Origin: a virus
Taxonomy: Duplodnaviria > Caudoviricetes
DNA: 64,000 nucleotides
Virus record (IMG/VR): IMGVR_UViG_3300021426_000072
Coordinates: 63,248 to 127,247 of that record
Reading direction: 5' to 3' (one strand)
The translations under genes were made by a program, and so were the position numbers. The notes under the pieces were generated by a model. It was not told the origin of the DNA and made no database searches. It saw only the letters and a program-made list of their open reading frames with translations. Positions within the stretch are counted from its first letter, which is position 1; every line of letters starts with the position of its first letter. Of the stretch, positions 38,832 to 50,021 are shown piece after piece.

Positions 38832-41800
38832 GTGGTATGTTTGCTTGAATATGAACCATATCATGTCCACACAAGTTATTCAAATTGTTTAACTCAGCCG
38901 GACTCAACAATGTCGATTGAAGACTACGCAAAAGTCTACAAAGAACGTGGACATCATGTTCTATGTATCTCTGAGCATGGTAACAGATCAAATGTTTGGC
39001 AACAGTTTGAGCTATCGAAAAAATACTCAGATGAGAATTATCATATGACTCCTTTAGCCGCTGCGGAAACATATTTTGTGGCGGACAGAACTGCGAGAGA
39101 TCATCGTGGATACCATCTTATTCTTGTTGCAAAGAATATGGAAGGATTCTATCAATTAAATGAAATTCTTTCTGAGGCAAATCTTTCTGGGTTTTACTAT
39201 CATGCAAGAGTAGACTTTGATCTTCTTGAACGTTTGGATTATCGAAACTTCATATGCACATCAGCGTGTGTAGCAGGCCCAAGCGACGAAGAAACTCTTG
39301 TCCGACTGGCGAACATTTTCCAAAAGAATTTTTATTTGGAAGTCCAGCATCATCCACAGCAGATACAAGTCGAAAGAAATAAATGGATGGTTGATCTTCA
39401 TAAGAAACATGGATGGCCTCTGATTTATGGCACAGACAGCCATTATGTTTATAAAGAAGAAAAAGAACTTCGCAGAGAACTTTTGCTTGCTTCACGAATA
39501 ACATACGGTAATGAAGATGAGTTTTTGCTGTATTTACCGACGGCTAATGAAGCATTTGCAATGCTGCGAGAACAGGGCGTCTTAAATAAAGTCCAAATAG
39601 AAGAAGCAATGGAAAACACTTTGATTCTTCGTGATTTTGAAGGCGTTCATTTTACAAATGAAAAGAAAATTCCAAATCCTTATCCTGAAATGACACAGGA
39701 AGAACGTAATCTGCTATATAAGAAAACCGTATGTGCAGAATACATTCGTAAATCAGGAATGCCAAATAAGGAAGAAGCTAAAGAAATCCATGCAGAAATG
39801 GACACCATGACAAACACGGGAACTGCGGATTATCCTTTGATTATGAAAAGAATAATTGATGCGGGAATTGAAAATGGCGGTGTTCTTACAAAGACCGGTA
39901 GAGGCTCTGGGGCTTCTTTCGTGTCTAACTATGCTATGGGCTTTAGCTCAATAAATAGGCTGCATTGTCCCGTAAAAATGTATCCTGAACGGTTTATCTC
40001 AGAAGACAGACTGGCAAATGGATTACCCGATTTGGATTGCAACATGGCAAACGTAGAAGCTTTCGAGAATGCTGGCAAGGAGATTCTCGGAGAATACGGA
40101 TGCTTGCCAATGATTGCCTATGGCACAGCGAAAACATTATCTGCGTTTAAGCTGCTTGCAAGAGCAAGAGATATTGATTTTGAAACTGCAAATGCCATAG
40201 CTAAACAAATTCAGAATTATGAACTTGATGTAAAACATGCAAAAGAAAATAATGCTGATGATCCAGATTATGATGTAACAGAAGACGTTCAAATTGAATC
40301 ATATATTGATCAAAAGTATATTGATTTGATAAAAGAGTCCAAGAAATATGAGGGCATTGTAACGAGTTTATCGCCGCATCCCTGTGCGCATCTGTTATCC
40401 GACAAAGATCTCCGAAGAGAAATCGGTGTTGTCAGAGTTAAATCTAAAAGTGGATCAAAAGATGCAATATATGCAGCGTATATTGACGGCAAAACCGCTG
40501 ATACTTACAACTATTTGAAGGCTGACTTCCTTCGGGTTGATGTAGTTAAAATAATTGCAGAAGCCTTTAAACTAGCAGGAATTCCTGTTATGTCTGTTGA
40601 CGAACTTCTTGAAGCAGTAAAAGATGATGATGAAATTTGGAATCTTTATGCCAACAAGATTGTAATGGGTTTGAATCAGGTAGAAAGAGATAAATCTGCT
40701 CAAAGATGCAGTATTTACAAACCAAAGAATGTTGCTCAGTTAAGCGCATTTATTGCTGCTATTCGCCCCGGTTTCAAATCAATGTTGGAAACATTTATCA
40801 ACAGACGAAGCTTTGAATATGGAATTCCGTCTTTGGATAATCTTCTGAAAACAGAAGCTATTCCTGACAGTTTTCTGATGTTCGATGAACAGATTCTGCA
40901 AATTCTTAAAGCAGCAGGAATTCCTGGGCCAGAAGCATACGCAACAACAAAAGCAATTAAGAAGAAAAAGACAGAAAAGGTATTAGCAGAAAAAGAAAAG
41001 TTCAAGATTGGATTTACCAAAGTCTTGCAGGAGACTGAAGGAGCGTCAGAAGAGAAAGCTCATAAAGTAGTAGAACAGATTTGGACAATTATTGAAAATG
41101 CCGCAAACTACATGTTTTGTGCGGCCCATGCGTTTTCAATGGCTTGCGATAGTTTGTATGTAGCATGGTTAAAAGTACATTATCCTTATGAACTTTATGT
41201 TACCATGTTAAAGCTTTATGATGAGAAAAAGAATACTGATAAGATTTCAGCGATCATCGCTGAGATGAAAAGATATAAGAATATCAGTTTATCTGCCGGA
41301 CGTTTCGGGCAAGATAACAGAGATTGGGTTGTTGACAAAGAGAACCAAACAATTTCACAGTCGCTGTCTTCGATACGATATTTGAGTAAATCTGCTGCGA
41401 ATGATTTGCATGTTTTAGGATCGAGGCATTATAATACTTTTACTGATGTATTAAGAACACTTCAAATGGAGTCATGTCTTGATACAAGACAGATTAAGAT
41501 ACTTATTGAATTAAACTACTTTTCAGATTATGGAAGATCTGGCAAGTTGATGGATGTATATCAAAACTTCTTTGAAGGGAAATATAAGCTTACGAAAACG
41601 ATAAAGTCAATTGAAGCAAGAATGCAAATGAGCCGGGATTATGAAAGTACTCTTGGTAATATTGATCTTGATATCGGACAACGGCTTTATTCTGAATTAA
41701 CAAACGTCGGCTTATGTTTGACGATAGACAAAAATGAACCTGCGTCTTTGTATTTTGTTAGGGAAGTGGACAATAAGTATGGAATAAAGGCATTATTGTA

Positions 41801-42011
41801 TTCTGTTCAAAGAGGATCTTCGGGCGTTATCAGATTTAAGAAAGATGATTATGCTAAAAATCCTTTTGAAGCAGGAGATTGTATTACACTTAAACAGTAC
41901 AACAAAAGTCCAAGATATACATATAGAGATGGTCAAAAAGCTATTGTGCCCGGAGAATACGACGTCTGGGCAAAGAGTTACATTGTCACAAAAGCTCCCG
42001 ACAGAAATTAG
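38832..42011 (+). CDS. dnaE: DNA polymerase III alpha subunit (PHP + Pol C-family core)
   Basis: HVHTSYS, SEHG, TDSHY, GRGSG, PDLD, SPHPCA, AAIRPG, FCAAHA. Confidence 0.93.
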   Translation: MVCLLEYEPYHVHTSYSNCLTQPDSTMSIEDYAKVYKERGHHVLCISEHGNRSNVWQQFELSKKYSDENYHMTPLAAAETYFVADRTARDHRGYHLILVAKNMEGFYQLNEILSEANLSGFYYHARVDFDLLERLDYRNFICTSACVAGPSDEETLVRLANIFQKNFYLEVQHHPQQIQVERNKWMVDLHKKHGWPLIYGTDSHYVYKEEKELRRELLLASRITYGNEDEFLLYLPTANEAFAMLREQGVLNKVQIEEAMENTLILRDFEGVHFTNEKKIPNPYPEMTQEERNLLYKKTVCAEYIRKSGMPNKEEAKEIHAEMDTMTNTGTADYPLIMKRIIDAGIENGGVLTKTGRGSGASFVSNYAMGFSSINRLHCPVKMYPERFISEDRLANGLPDLDCNMANVEAFENAGKEILGEYGCLPMIAYGTAKTLSAFKLLARARDIDFETANAIAKQIQNYELDVKHAKENNADDPDYDVTEDVQIESYIDQKYIDLIKESKKYEGIVTSLSPHPCAHLLSDKDLRREIGVVRVKSKSGSKDAIYAAYIDGKTADTYNYLKADFLRVDVVKIIAEAFKLAGIPVMSVDELLEAVKDDDEIWNLYANKIVMGLNQVERDKSAQRCSIYKPKNVAQLSAFIAAIRPGFKSMLETFINRRSFEYGIPSLDNLLKTEAIPDSFLMFDEQILQILKAAGIPGPEAYATTKAIKKKKTEKVLAEKEKFKIGFTKVLQETEGASEEKAHKVVEQIWTIIENAANYMFCAAHAFSMACDSLYVAWLKVHYPYELYVTMLKLYDEKKNTDKISAIIAEMKRYKNISLSAGRFGQDNRDWVVDKENQTISQSLSSIRYLSKSAANDLHVLGSRHYNTFTDVLRTLQMESCLDTRQIKILIELNYFSDYGRSGKLMDVYQNFFEGKYKLTKTIKSIEARMQMSRDYESTLGNIDLDIGQRLYSELTNVGLCLTIDKNEPASLYFVREVDNKYGIKALLYSVQRGSSGVIRFKKDDYAKNPFEAGDCITLKQYNKSPRYTYRDGQKAIVPGEYDVWAKSYIVTKAPDRN

Positions 42012-42023
42012 GAGGCGAAAGAA

Positions 42024-42326
42024 ATGAAACGCTATTTTAGTCAAGAAGGTTTATTTGGAGAAATCAATCACTTTGACGAAGGCGGATATGCAGGCACTTC
42101 TGTACCCAATATAATTGATGGGTATGATACTTATGATGCAAATGGAAATTATATTGGAACAAGTCAGGAAGGCCTGTTTGGAGAAACGAATCATTATGGT
42201 CCGGATGGATATATGGGTTCAAGCGTTCCCGGAGTAATCGGTGGTGTTTATCATGATTTTGATAATGCTTCCGGGTTTTCTGCTCCAAACGTGATTGACG
42301 GATTTGACACTTGGATCGATGAATGA
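42024..42326 (+). CDS. Acidic Gly-rich protein with internal tandem repeats
   Basis: SQEGLFGE.NH twice and S.P.(I/V)I.G three times; AGGAGG RBS. Confidence 0.6.
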   Translation: MKRYFSQEGLFGEINHFDEGGYAGTSVPNIIDGYDTYDANGNYIGTSQEGLFGETNHYGPDGYMGSSVPGVIGGVYHDFDNASGFSAPNVIDGFDTWIDE

Positions 42327-42396
42327 ACAGTTCGGGAGCAACTCAACTAAGGCATGATAGATTGTCTGCCTATTAAAATAAAGGAGTTGATCCCAT

Positions 42397-42822
42397 ATGG
42401 CATACATGGTTCCTCTTCGGTTTGTTCGGATTTCTAATAAGCGTAGTGATAATCGTCAATTTGACGTTTCAATTTGTGCTACACGTATTGTTGCAATTAT
42501 GTCTACAGAAATTTATCAAGCAAGAAAGACTTTAACTACAGAAAGACAAAATGGAACATTGATAAATGGATGTGGACAAGCGAAAGCAAAGTCTGCTATT
42601 TTCTTGGACAATGGTTCTGTTGTTTCTTCCCCTTTGAGTGTAAAGAGATTAATGGCAATCATTGACAAGTCAAATGAAAAAGCTGGATCTAAAGTAGATA
42701 AACGTATGCGGGTTTACGATGTATATGATTCAGAAGCAGAAGATGAAGACGAAATTGCAGAAGAAATATCTGCCACACTAGAAGATGACGGTATTGAATT
42801 TGACGAAGAGGATCTTGAATGA
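42397..42822 (+). CDS. RemA/DUF370-like protein with acidic tail
   Basis: ICATRIVAIMS...GTLINGCG..KAKSAIFLDNGSVVSSPLS aligns by eye with the RemA pattern. Confidence 0.6.
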   Translation: MAYMVPLRFVRISNKRSDNRQFDVSICATRIVAIMSTEIYQARKTLTTERQNGTLINGCGQAKAKSAIFLDNGSVVSSPLSVKRLMAIIDKSNEKAGSKVDKRMRVYDVYDSEAEDEDEIAEEISATLEDDGIEFDEEDLE

Positions 42823-42836
42823 CATATTCACTTTTG

Positions 42837-42881
42837 TTCGGTACCTAATAGTGAAGCCATTCTAGAATGTATATAAGGGAA
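42837..42881 (+). promoter_or_regulatory. Conserved phage promoter-like motif, copy 4
   Basis: TTCGGTACCTAATAGTGAAGCCATTCTAGAATGTATATAAGGGAA. Confidence 0.65.
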
Positions 42882-43219
42882 GGGTGCAAGGCGAGAGAGC
42901 CGAGTTAAATGGACTTAGAGGGAAGATGTGCTAGCCATCTAAACCACAGCAGCAGCCCGTGATTAACATTTTTTGGATTAAGGAGTGGTCCTATGAGTGT
43001 ACACAACTACGGCAGCGAAGACCAGAATGACCTGATGAATGCTATTGACAACGAAAAAGGAGTAGATGAATCTATGGAACCCAATAAGATTGAAAGTCTC
43101 TTTAAAGAAGTCGCTACCTATAGACAGGCTATTCAAGATGCGAAAGACGCATTAGCTTCTGCCGAACAAGAACTGGATGAGACTCTGCAAGCAGAGTTCG
43201 ACAAACAGTAATACCTTAT

Positions 43220-43252
43220 GGGAGCAGAGCTACGGCTCTGCTCCCTTTTTTT
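43220..43252 (+). terminator. Rho-independent terminator
   Basis: GGGAGCAGAGC-TACG-GCTCTGCTCCC-T7. Confidence 0.85.
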
Positions 43253-44044
43253 ATTCATCAGAGGTGTATGATGGATGTAATGAATTTTGGTCAAGATAAA
43301 TATTATGTTGTTTGTGATTCTGGCCCCGGAGGTTTAAAAATTGCTCGTCCAATGTCTGCAAGCATTGAACTTTCCACAGGAATAGATGAATATATGACTA
43401 TTAATTTATCTGTTCCATATTTTGATTTTAAGCCAATTAAAGAACAAACTATGATTGATATCACCGAAGAAGATATAATGGCGACTTTTGAATAATAAGG
43501 AGTGATTCCTTTTGGAGAAAATTATAATCCCATTAGCCAACGGATATAAGCTTGTAACGGAACGAAACGAAGGAAGTTACGACAAAGAAATTTATGTTGG
43601 TATTGAAAGTCCAAACGGTGCATATGTTCAGGATTTGGCAACTATAAGACCTTCATATAGAACAAACGGCAATGAAGTGATTTTTAGTTCAGATCAGTTT
43701 GAAGTACTTGTTTATTCAGACAACACTACTGACGATTATACACACAAATTTGATATTGAATTAACCAAAGACGAAGAAGAATAACTTTGGTTACAATACA
43801 CCTCTGCAACCTAAAATTTTATGTTAGGATGTGGATAACTTGGAATGTGTAAATTTGGAGCTTGATGCCACTAATAAAGGTTGGCGTTGTTCTGGCTGTG
43901 GCCTCCTGATTGATTGTATTGGGAGGCCTCTTTTTGGTTCTGAAAATATAACAGTTCGTTCAAAATCAATTCACTGGATAGAAAACAAACCTCAATATAA
44001 ATTCTGTCCGAAATGTGGAAAACCGGTTAAGGATGTGACGAATT

Positions 44045-44608
44045 GTGGCTAAAAAAAAAGAAATAAAAAAATTAGAGTTTCCTGAACACTATTATGTTTT
44101 GGGAGCTGATCTATCATTAAAACGTCCGGGCTTCTGTTTGTTGTCTGTTGATAAGGCACAAGGTTCTCCTATTATAAAAGTAAAAAAGCTTGTGTCTTTG
44201 GATAATAAAACAGACCATAAAAAAAGTCATGGGCAACTATTAGAGGAAATAAGACATTTTTTTATTAAATCATTTTTTCCTCTTCCTGATGCTGTTTACG
44301 CAGTCAGAGAAACAGAAATCATGAAAGTAAAAGTTCCATCCGAAAGAAGCCTTTCAAAAGTGGTTGGCCTAACGGATTGGATGCTTTGGAAAATATCAGA
44401 AAAAGAATGGAACAGCATATACCCAACTTCTGTCAAGAAACTTATAACAGGATCGGGCAAGGCAGAGAAGGAAGAAGTTGCCAAAGCTTTAGACAAATAT
44501 GTAGGAAAGCAAGACTATAAATGTGACGATGAGTCTGACTCTGTGGCTGTTGCAATTGCTTGGTTAATTCAGCAAGAAGAAATAAAACAAATAGAGGAGA
44601 TTATATGA
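44045..44608 (+). CDS. RuvC-like Holliday junction resolvase
   Basis: VLGADLS, YPTSVKKLITGSGKAEKEEV, DESDSVAVA. Confidence 0.85.
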   Translation: MAKKKEIKKLEFPEHYYVLGADLSLKRPGFCLLSVDKAQGSPIIKVKKLVSLDNKTDHKKSHGQLLEEIRHFFIKSFFPLPDAVYAVRETEIMKVKVPSERSLSKVVGLTDWMLWKISEKEWNSIYPTSVKKLITGSGKAEKEEVAKALDKYVGKQDYKCDDESDSVAVAIAWLIQQEEIKQIEEII

Positions 44609-44926
44609 AACTGATCTTTTTGTACCGTGTTGATCTTGGCAGAAATGGGCATATAGATAGGACAGAATTCTGCTATGCCAGAAATAAAACCGTGGCACAA
44701 GAGTACTATAAAGAAAAATATCGTAAAGAAAAATACAATACAATAAACTTTGTTGCATTTGGAACTGCCGATCCTCGAAGACATCCTCTACCATTTCAAG
44801 AAATGTCCCAAGCAGAATTAAACTATATTATTTCAAATAACATTGGAGGCGGAGGTCCTTATCCGTTTAGAAGCTCATTACCATCTGGAGGAGAATTTGT
44901 ACCAGTAGAAAAGGCAGGAAGTTGAC

Positions 44927-45298
44927 ATGAAAGTTATCTTTATCAAGGTTGAAGGTATTCTTAATTTTGAAGACTCAGAAGCTTTAGCTCCGTCTGGCAA
45001 GATTGGTATTGCGGAATCTCGGGTGAAAGATTTAAAAAAGATCGTAGAAGAATCTGGAGCTCGTCTTATTTTATTTGGAGAATGGTGTAATGATTGGAAT
45101 TTTTATGATGAGAAATGCACACCGGATGGTATTTACCTGAACAAAAAACTTAACCGCAGAGGATTACACATCATTGATAAGGTAGACAACAAGCTGCCAG
45201 AAGAAGAAGGATGTGTTGATTGGGTTCGACGGCATCCTAATGTTACTTCTTCATGTATTCTGCATGATTTGAATAATGTAACTTGGCAGGAGTGGTAA
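44927..45298 (+). CDS. HAD-superfamily protein with degenerate motif I
   Basis: MKVIFIKVEGILN versus the usual KVIFLDIDGVLN. Confidence 0.55.
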   Translation: MKVIFIKVEGILNFEDSEALAPSGKIGIAESRVKDLKKIVEESGARLILFGEWCNDWNFYDEKCTPDGIYLNKKLNRRGLHIIDKVDNKLPEEEGCVDWVRRHPNVTSSCILHDLNNVTWQEW

Positions 45299-45761
45299 GA
45301 TGGCAAACAAAGATGTAGAAGACTCTTTAATCCATGCTCTTCTTTCTAAACAAAGAGAAGGAAAGATGCATGAAGCAGACCTTGAAATAAAGCGTAAACA
45401 GCTTGATATGGCAGTTCAAAGAATAAAAGATCTTTCTTCAGAACTTTCGTTGAAGGTGTTCGAATGCGCTTTCTATAAAGCATGGTTGAAAAAGCTTACA
45501 TCCCCAGAAGAATACGAGCAAATAGTAAAGTATATGGAGGGGATGTCTTCATGACACCGCAAGAATTGATTGCAAAGCTTGTGTCTTATCAAGGACCATG
45601 CATGAGATTTTGTGCATATTGTCCTGAAGACCATAATACGGCAGAAGTAAAAGAGTGCGTAGAAGAAATGCTTCGTAAGATTTATGTAGTCGAACAATGC
45701 AACGATGATTTATTGAAAGAGCTAATTAAAATACGCAGAGCATATAAGGAGGCTACAGGAC

Positions 45762-46729
45762 TTGAATATATGGACTCATGATGTTGAAGGCTTTTCTTCT
45801 GCTATTCGAGGAATGAGAAATCCGATGAATAGTTGGAATAAATCTGATTCAGATTGTTGTGTTGGAAGTGGCCCATTATGTGAAGCTTGTGAAAGTAAAC
45901 CTAAAGATGGATTTTGTCCTGCAAGGGAACAAATGGTTTATAAAAAGTTTGTAATCGGAAAAGCAGATAAAGAGTTATCGTTAAAGCTTCAAAAGGCTGG
46001 GCCAGAGCATTGCAAGCATTTAAGAATGATTTTTGTTTGGGCTGATATTACGGCTCCAAGATACTGGTAAACTTTTCTGCCAGTAAACACTTTGCCGTTT
46101 TATCAACGGGGTCTACGAACGTAGGCTAACGGGGAAACCTAAACCATAAAGGCATGGCAATCCCGTGGGAAACAATAAACTCGTCTTCTATAAAGTAAGA
46201 AAATCTTCACAACGAGTTTGTTGAACCTGTAGAGACTATCCCGGGTTAGACTGGGAGTAGAACTGCTATTGATACGCAGTTCGAAATGGTGTTGCACGTA
46301 TTACGTGTTAAAAGATAGTCCAATCCTGTATGAAAATACAGACAAATTGGGAATGAGTTTGATACATATCGTAACGGAGTCGAAAAAGTATCATGTTCTA
46401 CTATGCATAAACTTATGGCTCGTCCATTAGAAAAGGAAGACTTTGAGAATGATTGTCTTAATGACCGTTATTTTGAAGAAACGATTAAGGCAATCAATGA
46501 AAGCATGAGAGCGTATGAGTTATGCAAAGATGAAGATCATAAAAAAGAAATATGGAGAGGTATCATTCAGGCATTGCCTCAATCGTATTTACAAACGAGA
46601 ACGGTTTGCATGTCTTATGCTGCTTTGAGGAATATTGTTCGTCAAAGACAAGGACATAAACTTAAAGAATGGCATGAGTTTATTGATTGGGCAAAAGAAT
46701 TACCAAACAGTTGGATGATATTTGAATGA
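45762..46729 (+). CDS. ThyX-like protein, spliced (exon 1 45762-46068, exon 2 46350-46729)
   Basis: Joined exons read ...ITAPRYW-W-NEFDTYRNGVEKVSCSTMHK...LPQSYLQTRTV..SYAALRNIVRQRQGHKLKEW in one frame. Confidence 0.8.
46069..46349 (+). mobile_element. Group I intron (281 nt, no homing endonuclease)
   Basis: P1 TACTGGT/GCCAGTA with U-G at the 5' splice site; AACGGGGAA/AATCCCGT core; P7 GAGACTAT/AAGATAGTCC; terminal G at 46349; removal restores the frame. Confidence 0.88.
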
Positions 46730-47766
46730 AAGGAATAACAAATGAGAAAATCAGATATTGCTTACGTTCCGAACCCGCCGGTATATAATCCTCCTGAAAA
46801 ACTGGAAAATATGTCAATTGATGAGCTTATCAAAAAGCATATTAAAACTTGCGGAAAGGCAGACGGTCTTGTTTCTGTTTGTTCTCGGTGTCAAACTCCG
46901 TGCAAATACGGCAAACGAGCAGTTCAACTTCTTGCAAATCAAATCTATGATAATCCTCCTGTTCCTCTATACGCAGGCAAAACTATGATTGAAGCGGCAA
47001 GAGAGGAGAATTTACGTAGAAGAAATCAGCCAGAAGAAAAGCCGGAGTTGAATAAAAAGAAGTCTGGAAAAGACGGGCGGGTTTATATTGAAGATTGGTA
47101 TTCTAAGGCAATGGGAACGGAAGATCCTGTAAAATGGATCATGGATAATTTCCAGATTAATCAGAAGAAAGCCATGCAGAAAATTTATGGATGGCGTTCA
47201 AGACACCCGGAAAGTAAGCAAGAAACAAAAGAAGAAGAGAAGAAGCCTGTTGTTGTTTCTACGGACGATAATGTTTCAATTGAAAATCCTTCGAGAAAAG
47301 AAGAAGTTCTAAAGCCTAATGATAGTGCGGGGGAACGGATTGAAGCGAAATTAGAATTGCTTATTCAGCAGCAGGAAGATCAAAAGAAAGCGATGACGGA
47401 GTATTATAAATTATATGAACAAGCCAAAACTGAATATGAAAAGATCAAACTTAAAGTTGATACACTCTGTTCAGCAATGGACATAATGAACGAAATTTAA
47501 TTAGGGTTGACGGGCGGCCCCAAAAGCCGCCCGGTCAACCCGAAGGGAGAAAAAATGTGGATTACTATTACGGATACGCAAAACATTAAACATTTGATTA
47601 ACTGTTTCTCCGTTATGGATGTTTCTTATCACCATGACACAGATTTAACAGAGATTGTCTTTTTAAGATCAGCATACCCTCCTGTATGGGTTAAAGGTAA
47701 CTGTTTGGAATCGATTAAGAAATGTGTTTCATTGAAAGCTCCTGTTAAGAATGTAGGTGATTAAAA

Positions 47767-48365
47767 ATGTTAAGATCAAAAGAAGAAAGGTTCAAAGACT
47801 TTCTTCAGTTGTGCGGAGAAGAAAATTTTGGAGCAACCATGAAATTAACAACTTGGTTACTGGAAAACGGCTATTTCTCGGCCCCGCCTCAACGAAGCAT
47901 CATGGAGCGTATGAAGGTGGGTTATATGATCATAGCCGAAACGTATTCTGTCGGTTGAAACATTTGACAGAATGTAACAATCTCGAATGGAAACGACCTC
48001 AAAGTCCATTTATTATTGGTATGTTCCATGATCTGTGTAAATGTGACCAGTATATTCCCATTGTCGAAACAAAATGCGCAGAGAAAAACGGGGTCAAATT
48101 GGCTGCGGTAGACGTAATTACAGGTTACGAATACAACACAAACACAGCATTGAAAGGTCACGGTTCTAAATCTGTCATGCTTCTTTCTCAGCTTACTACT
48201 TTGACAGAAGAAGAAATGCTTTGCATCAGGTATCATATGGGCGCATATGAAAAAGAAGAATGGGCAGAATATGACCGAGCAATAAAGAAGTATGTTAACT
48301 GTTTATGGACTCATACCGCAGATATGTTAGCCTCCAAAATAGACGAGGCAGAAAAAGAAGGTTGA
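47767..48365 (+). pseudogene. HD-domain phosphohydrolase with a 1-nt frameshift near 47884
   Basis: ATG 47767 has an AGGTGA RBS; WLLENGYFSAP continues as ASTKHHGAYEGGLYDHS...HDLCK only after a -1 shift. Confidence 0.7.
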
Positions 48366-48698
48366 TGTATGCCAACATATGATCCTACAGAGTATCAGAC
48401 ACCTGCAAATGCCACAAACTTCCAACTCACTCCAGACGGCCTCTATGTTACTGGTGTAGATGGAGGAAGGGTGGTTAGAATTGCTAATGAAGGCACAACT
48501 TGGTATGAAGTTCCTACTCTTACAGCGACAAATGACATTTCAATGCAGATGCAATCACAAATTTATTCGCTAAAAGAAGAATTAGCCAATATGGAAAAAA
48601 GACTTTATGAAATCATATCAAGCCATACGAGTATTGATATTTCAGAAGAAGAATTCATGAGGTTACTTAAGGAGAACAATTAAGAAAGAAGAACGGAA

Positions 48699-49292
48699 AT
48701 GATCGGAAAATTAAAAGATCTTACGATTAATCGTGATCAAAGCCAAAATGTCACAATAACAATTGGTGAAGATTTCCGTGAAGAGTTTGACAGGCTGAAA
48801 GATACAGACGTCGTCATTGAAATAAAAAAAGCGTCCGGTAAAAGAAGCATGGACGCCAATTCTTATTTTTGGCATCTTTGCGGAGAAATAGCCAAGGCAA
48901 CTTCAAAATATTCTACAGATGGAAAGAACGAAATTTACAGAGAAGCTATTCGTGCCAAAGGCGAATATACATCTCTGATAATTCGTGAGGACGCAGTTGG
49001 TTTCTTTATTGAACGATATAAAGAAAAAGGCATTGGTTGGTTTGCAGAAGTTGTAGATGATTATATAGCACCTCCGGGTGAATTCGATGATGTTATGGGA
49101 GATAATGGCAGGATGTATAAAGTTGTCCATGCCTATAACGGGAGTTCTACATATGACGTAACATCCATGAATAAGATTATCGATTATGTAGTGTTAATTG
49201 CAAACGATCTTGGCATTCCAACGATGACTGACAGCGAAAAGGAAAAGTTATTAGCATCATGGGGAAAAAAGAAACAAGAAACACGCCAGTAA
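48699..49292 (+). CDS. NinB/Orf-like recombination accessory protein
   Basis: KRSMDANSYFW...GSSTYD..SM..IID pattern. Confidence 0.55.
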   Translation: MIGKLKDLTINRDQSQNVTITIGEDFREEFDRLKDTDVVIEIKKASGKRSMDANSYFWHLCGEIAKATSKYSTDGKNEIYREAIRAKGEYTSLIIREDAVGFFIERYKEKGIGWFAEVVDDYIAPPGEFDDVMGDNGRMYKVVHAYNGSSTYDVTSMNKIIDYVVLIANDLGIPTMTDSEKEKLLASWGKKKQETRQ

Positions 49293-49490
49293 AATATATA
49301 ATTCCTGACAAATGGTTCATTAAATGCAAGATGTGTAACTCGTTATATCAGGCAACCAAAAGAAGGGAAAAGTATATTCATACATTCTATTATGAGCAAT
49401 GCCCTGTGTGTGGTTGCGATGACAATTGCGATGAAAATGTTATTTCTATTTTTCGTTACAAATTTATTAGGTGGTGGAGAGGAATAACCG

Positions 49491-49775
49491 ATGGCGAAGA
49501 CTTCAATCGTACAGACGGGTGAAAAACAATGTTATCTGTGCGGAAAAAGAACTTGCCTTGAAAAGCACCATATTATGGCTGGAGTTGCAAATCGTAAAAT
49601 ATCAGATGCTTATGGAATCTGGATATATTTGTGTGACTCGTGCCATCGAGGAACCGAAGGAGCTCAGTACAACAAAGAGGTTAACATTAAGTTGAAACAA
49701 GAAGCACAACAAGCATTTGAAGCTATCTACGGGCATGAAAAGTGGATGGCTCTTTTTAGAAAAAATTATTTATAA
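49491..49775 (+). CDS. HNH-like zinc-binding protein
   Basis: CYLCG...EKHHI...LCDSCH. Confidence 0.6.
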   Translation: MAKTSIVQTGEKQCYLCGKRTCLEKHHIMAGVANRKISDAYGIWIYLCDSCHRGTEGAQYNKEVNIKLKQEAQQAFEAIYGHEKWMALFRKNYL

Positions 49776-49787
49776 GGAGGGGATTGA

Positions 49788-50021
49788 GTGAATCAATGTG
49801 CGAAAATCAAAAACTATATGTATAGATTCGGTTCTATTTCAACGATGGAAGCATTCAGGGATTTGGGGATCACAAGACTTGGTGCCAGAATCATGGAACT
49901 TGAAAGACAAGGACTTCCAATTGAAAGGAAATCTGAATCTGCACTGAACAGGTTTGGCGAAAAGACGCATTATACAAGATACGCTATTGCCAATAAAGAA
50001 CAGGAATATGCAGACATGTAA
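49788..50021 (+). CDS. Winged helix-turn-helix protein
   Basis: GSISTMEAFRDLGITRLGARIMELE. Confidence 0.7.
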   Translation: MNQCAKIKNYMYRFGSISTMEAFRDLGITRLGARIMELERQGLPIERKSESALNRFGEKTHYTRYAIANKEQEYADM

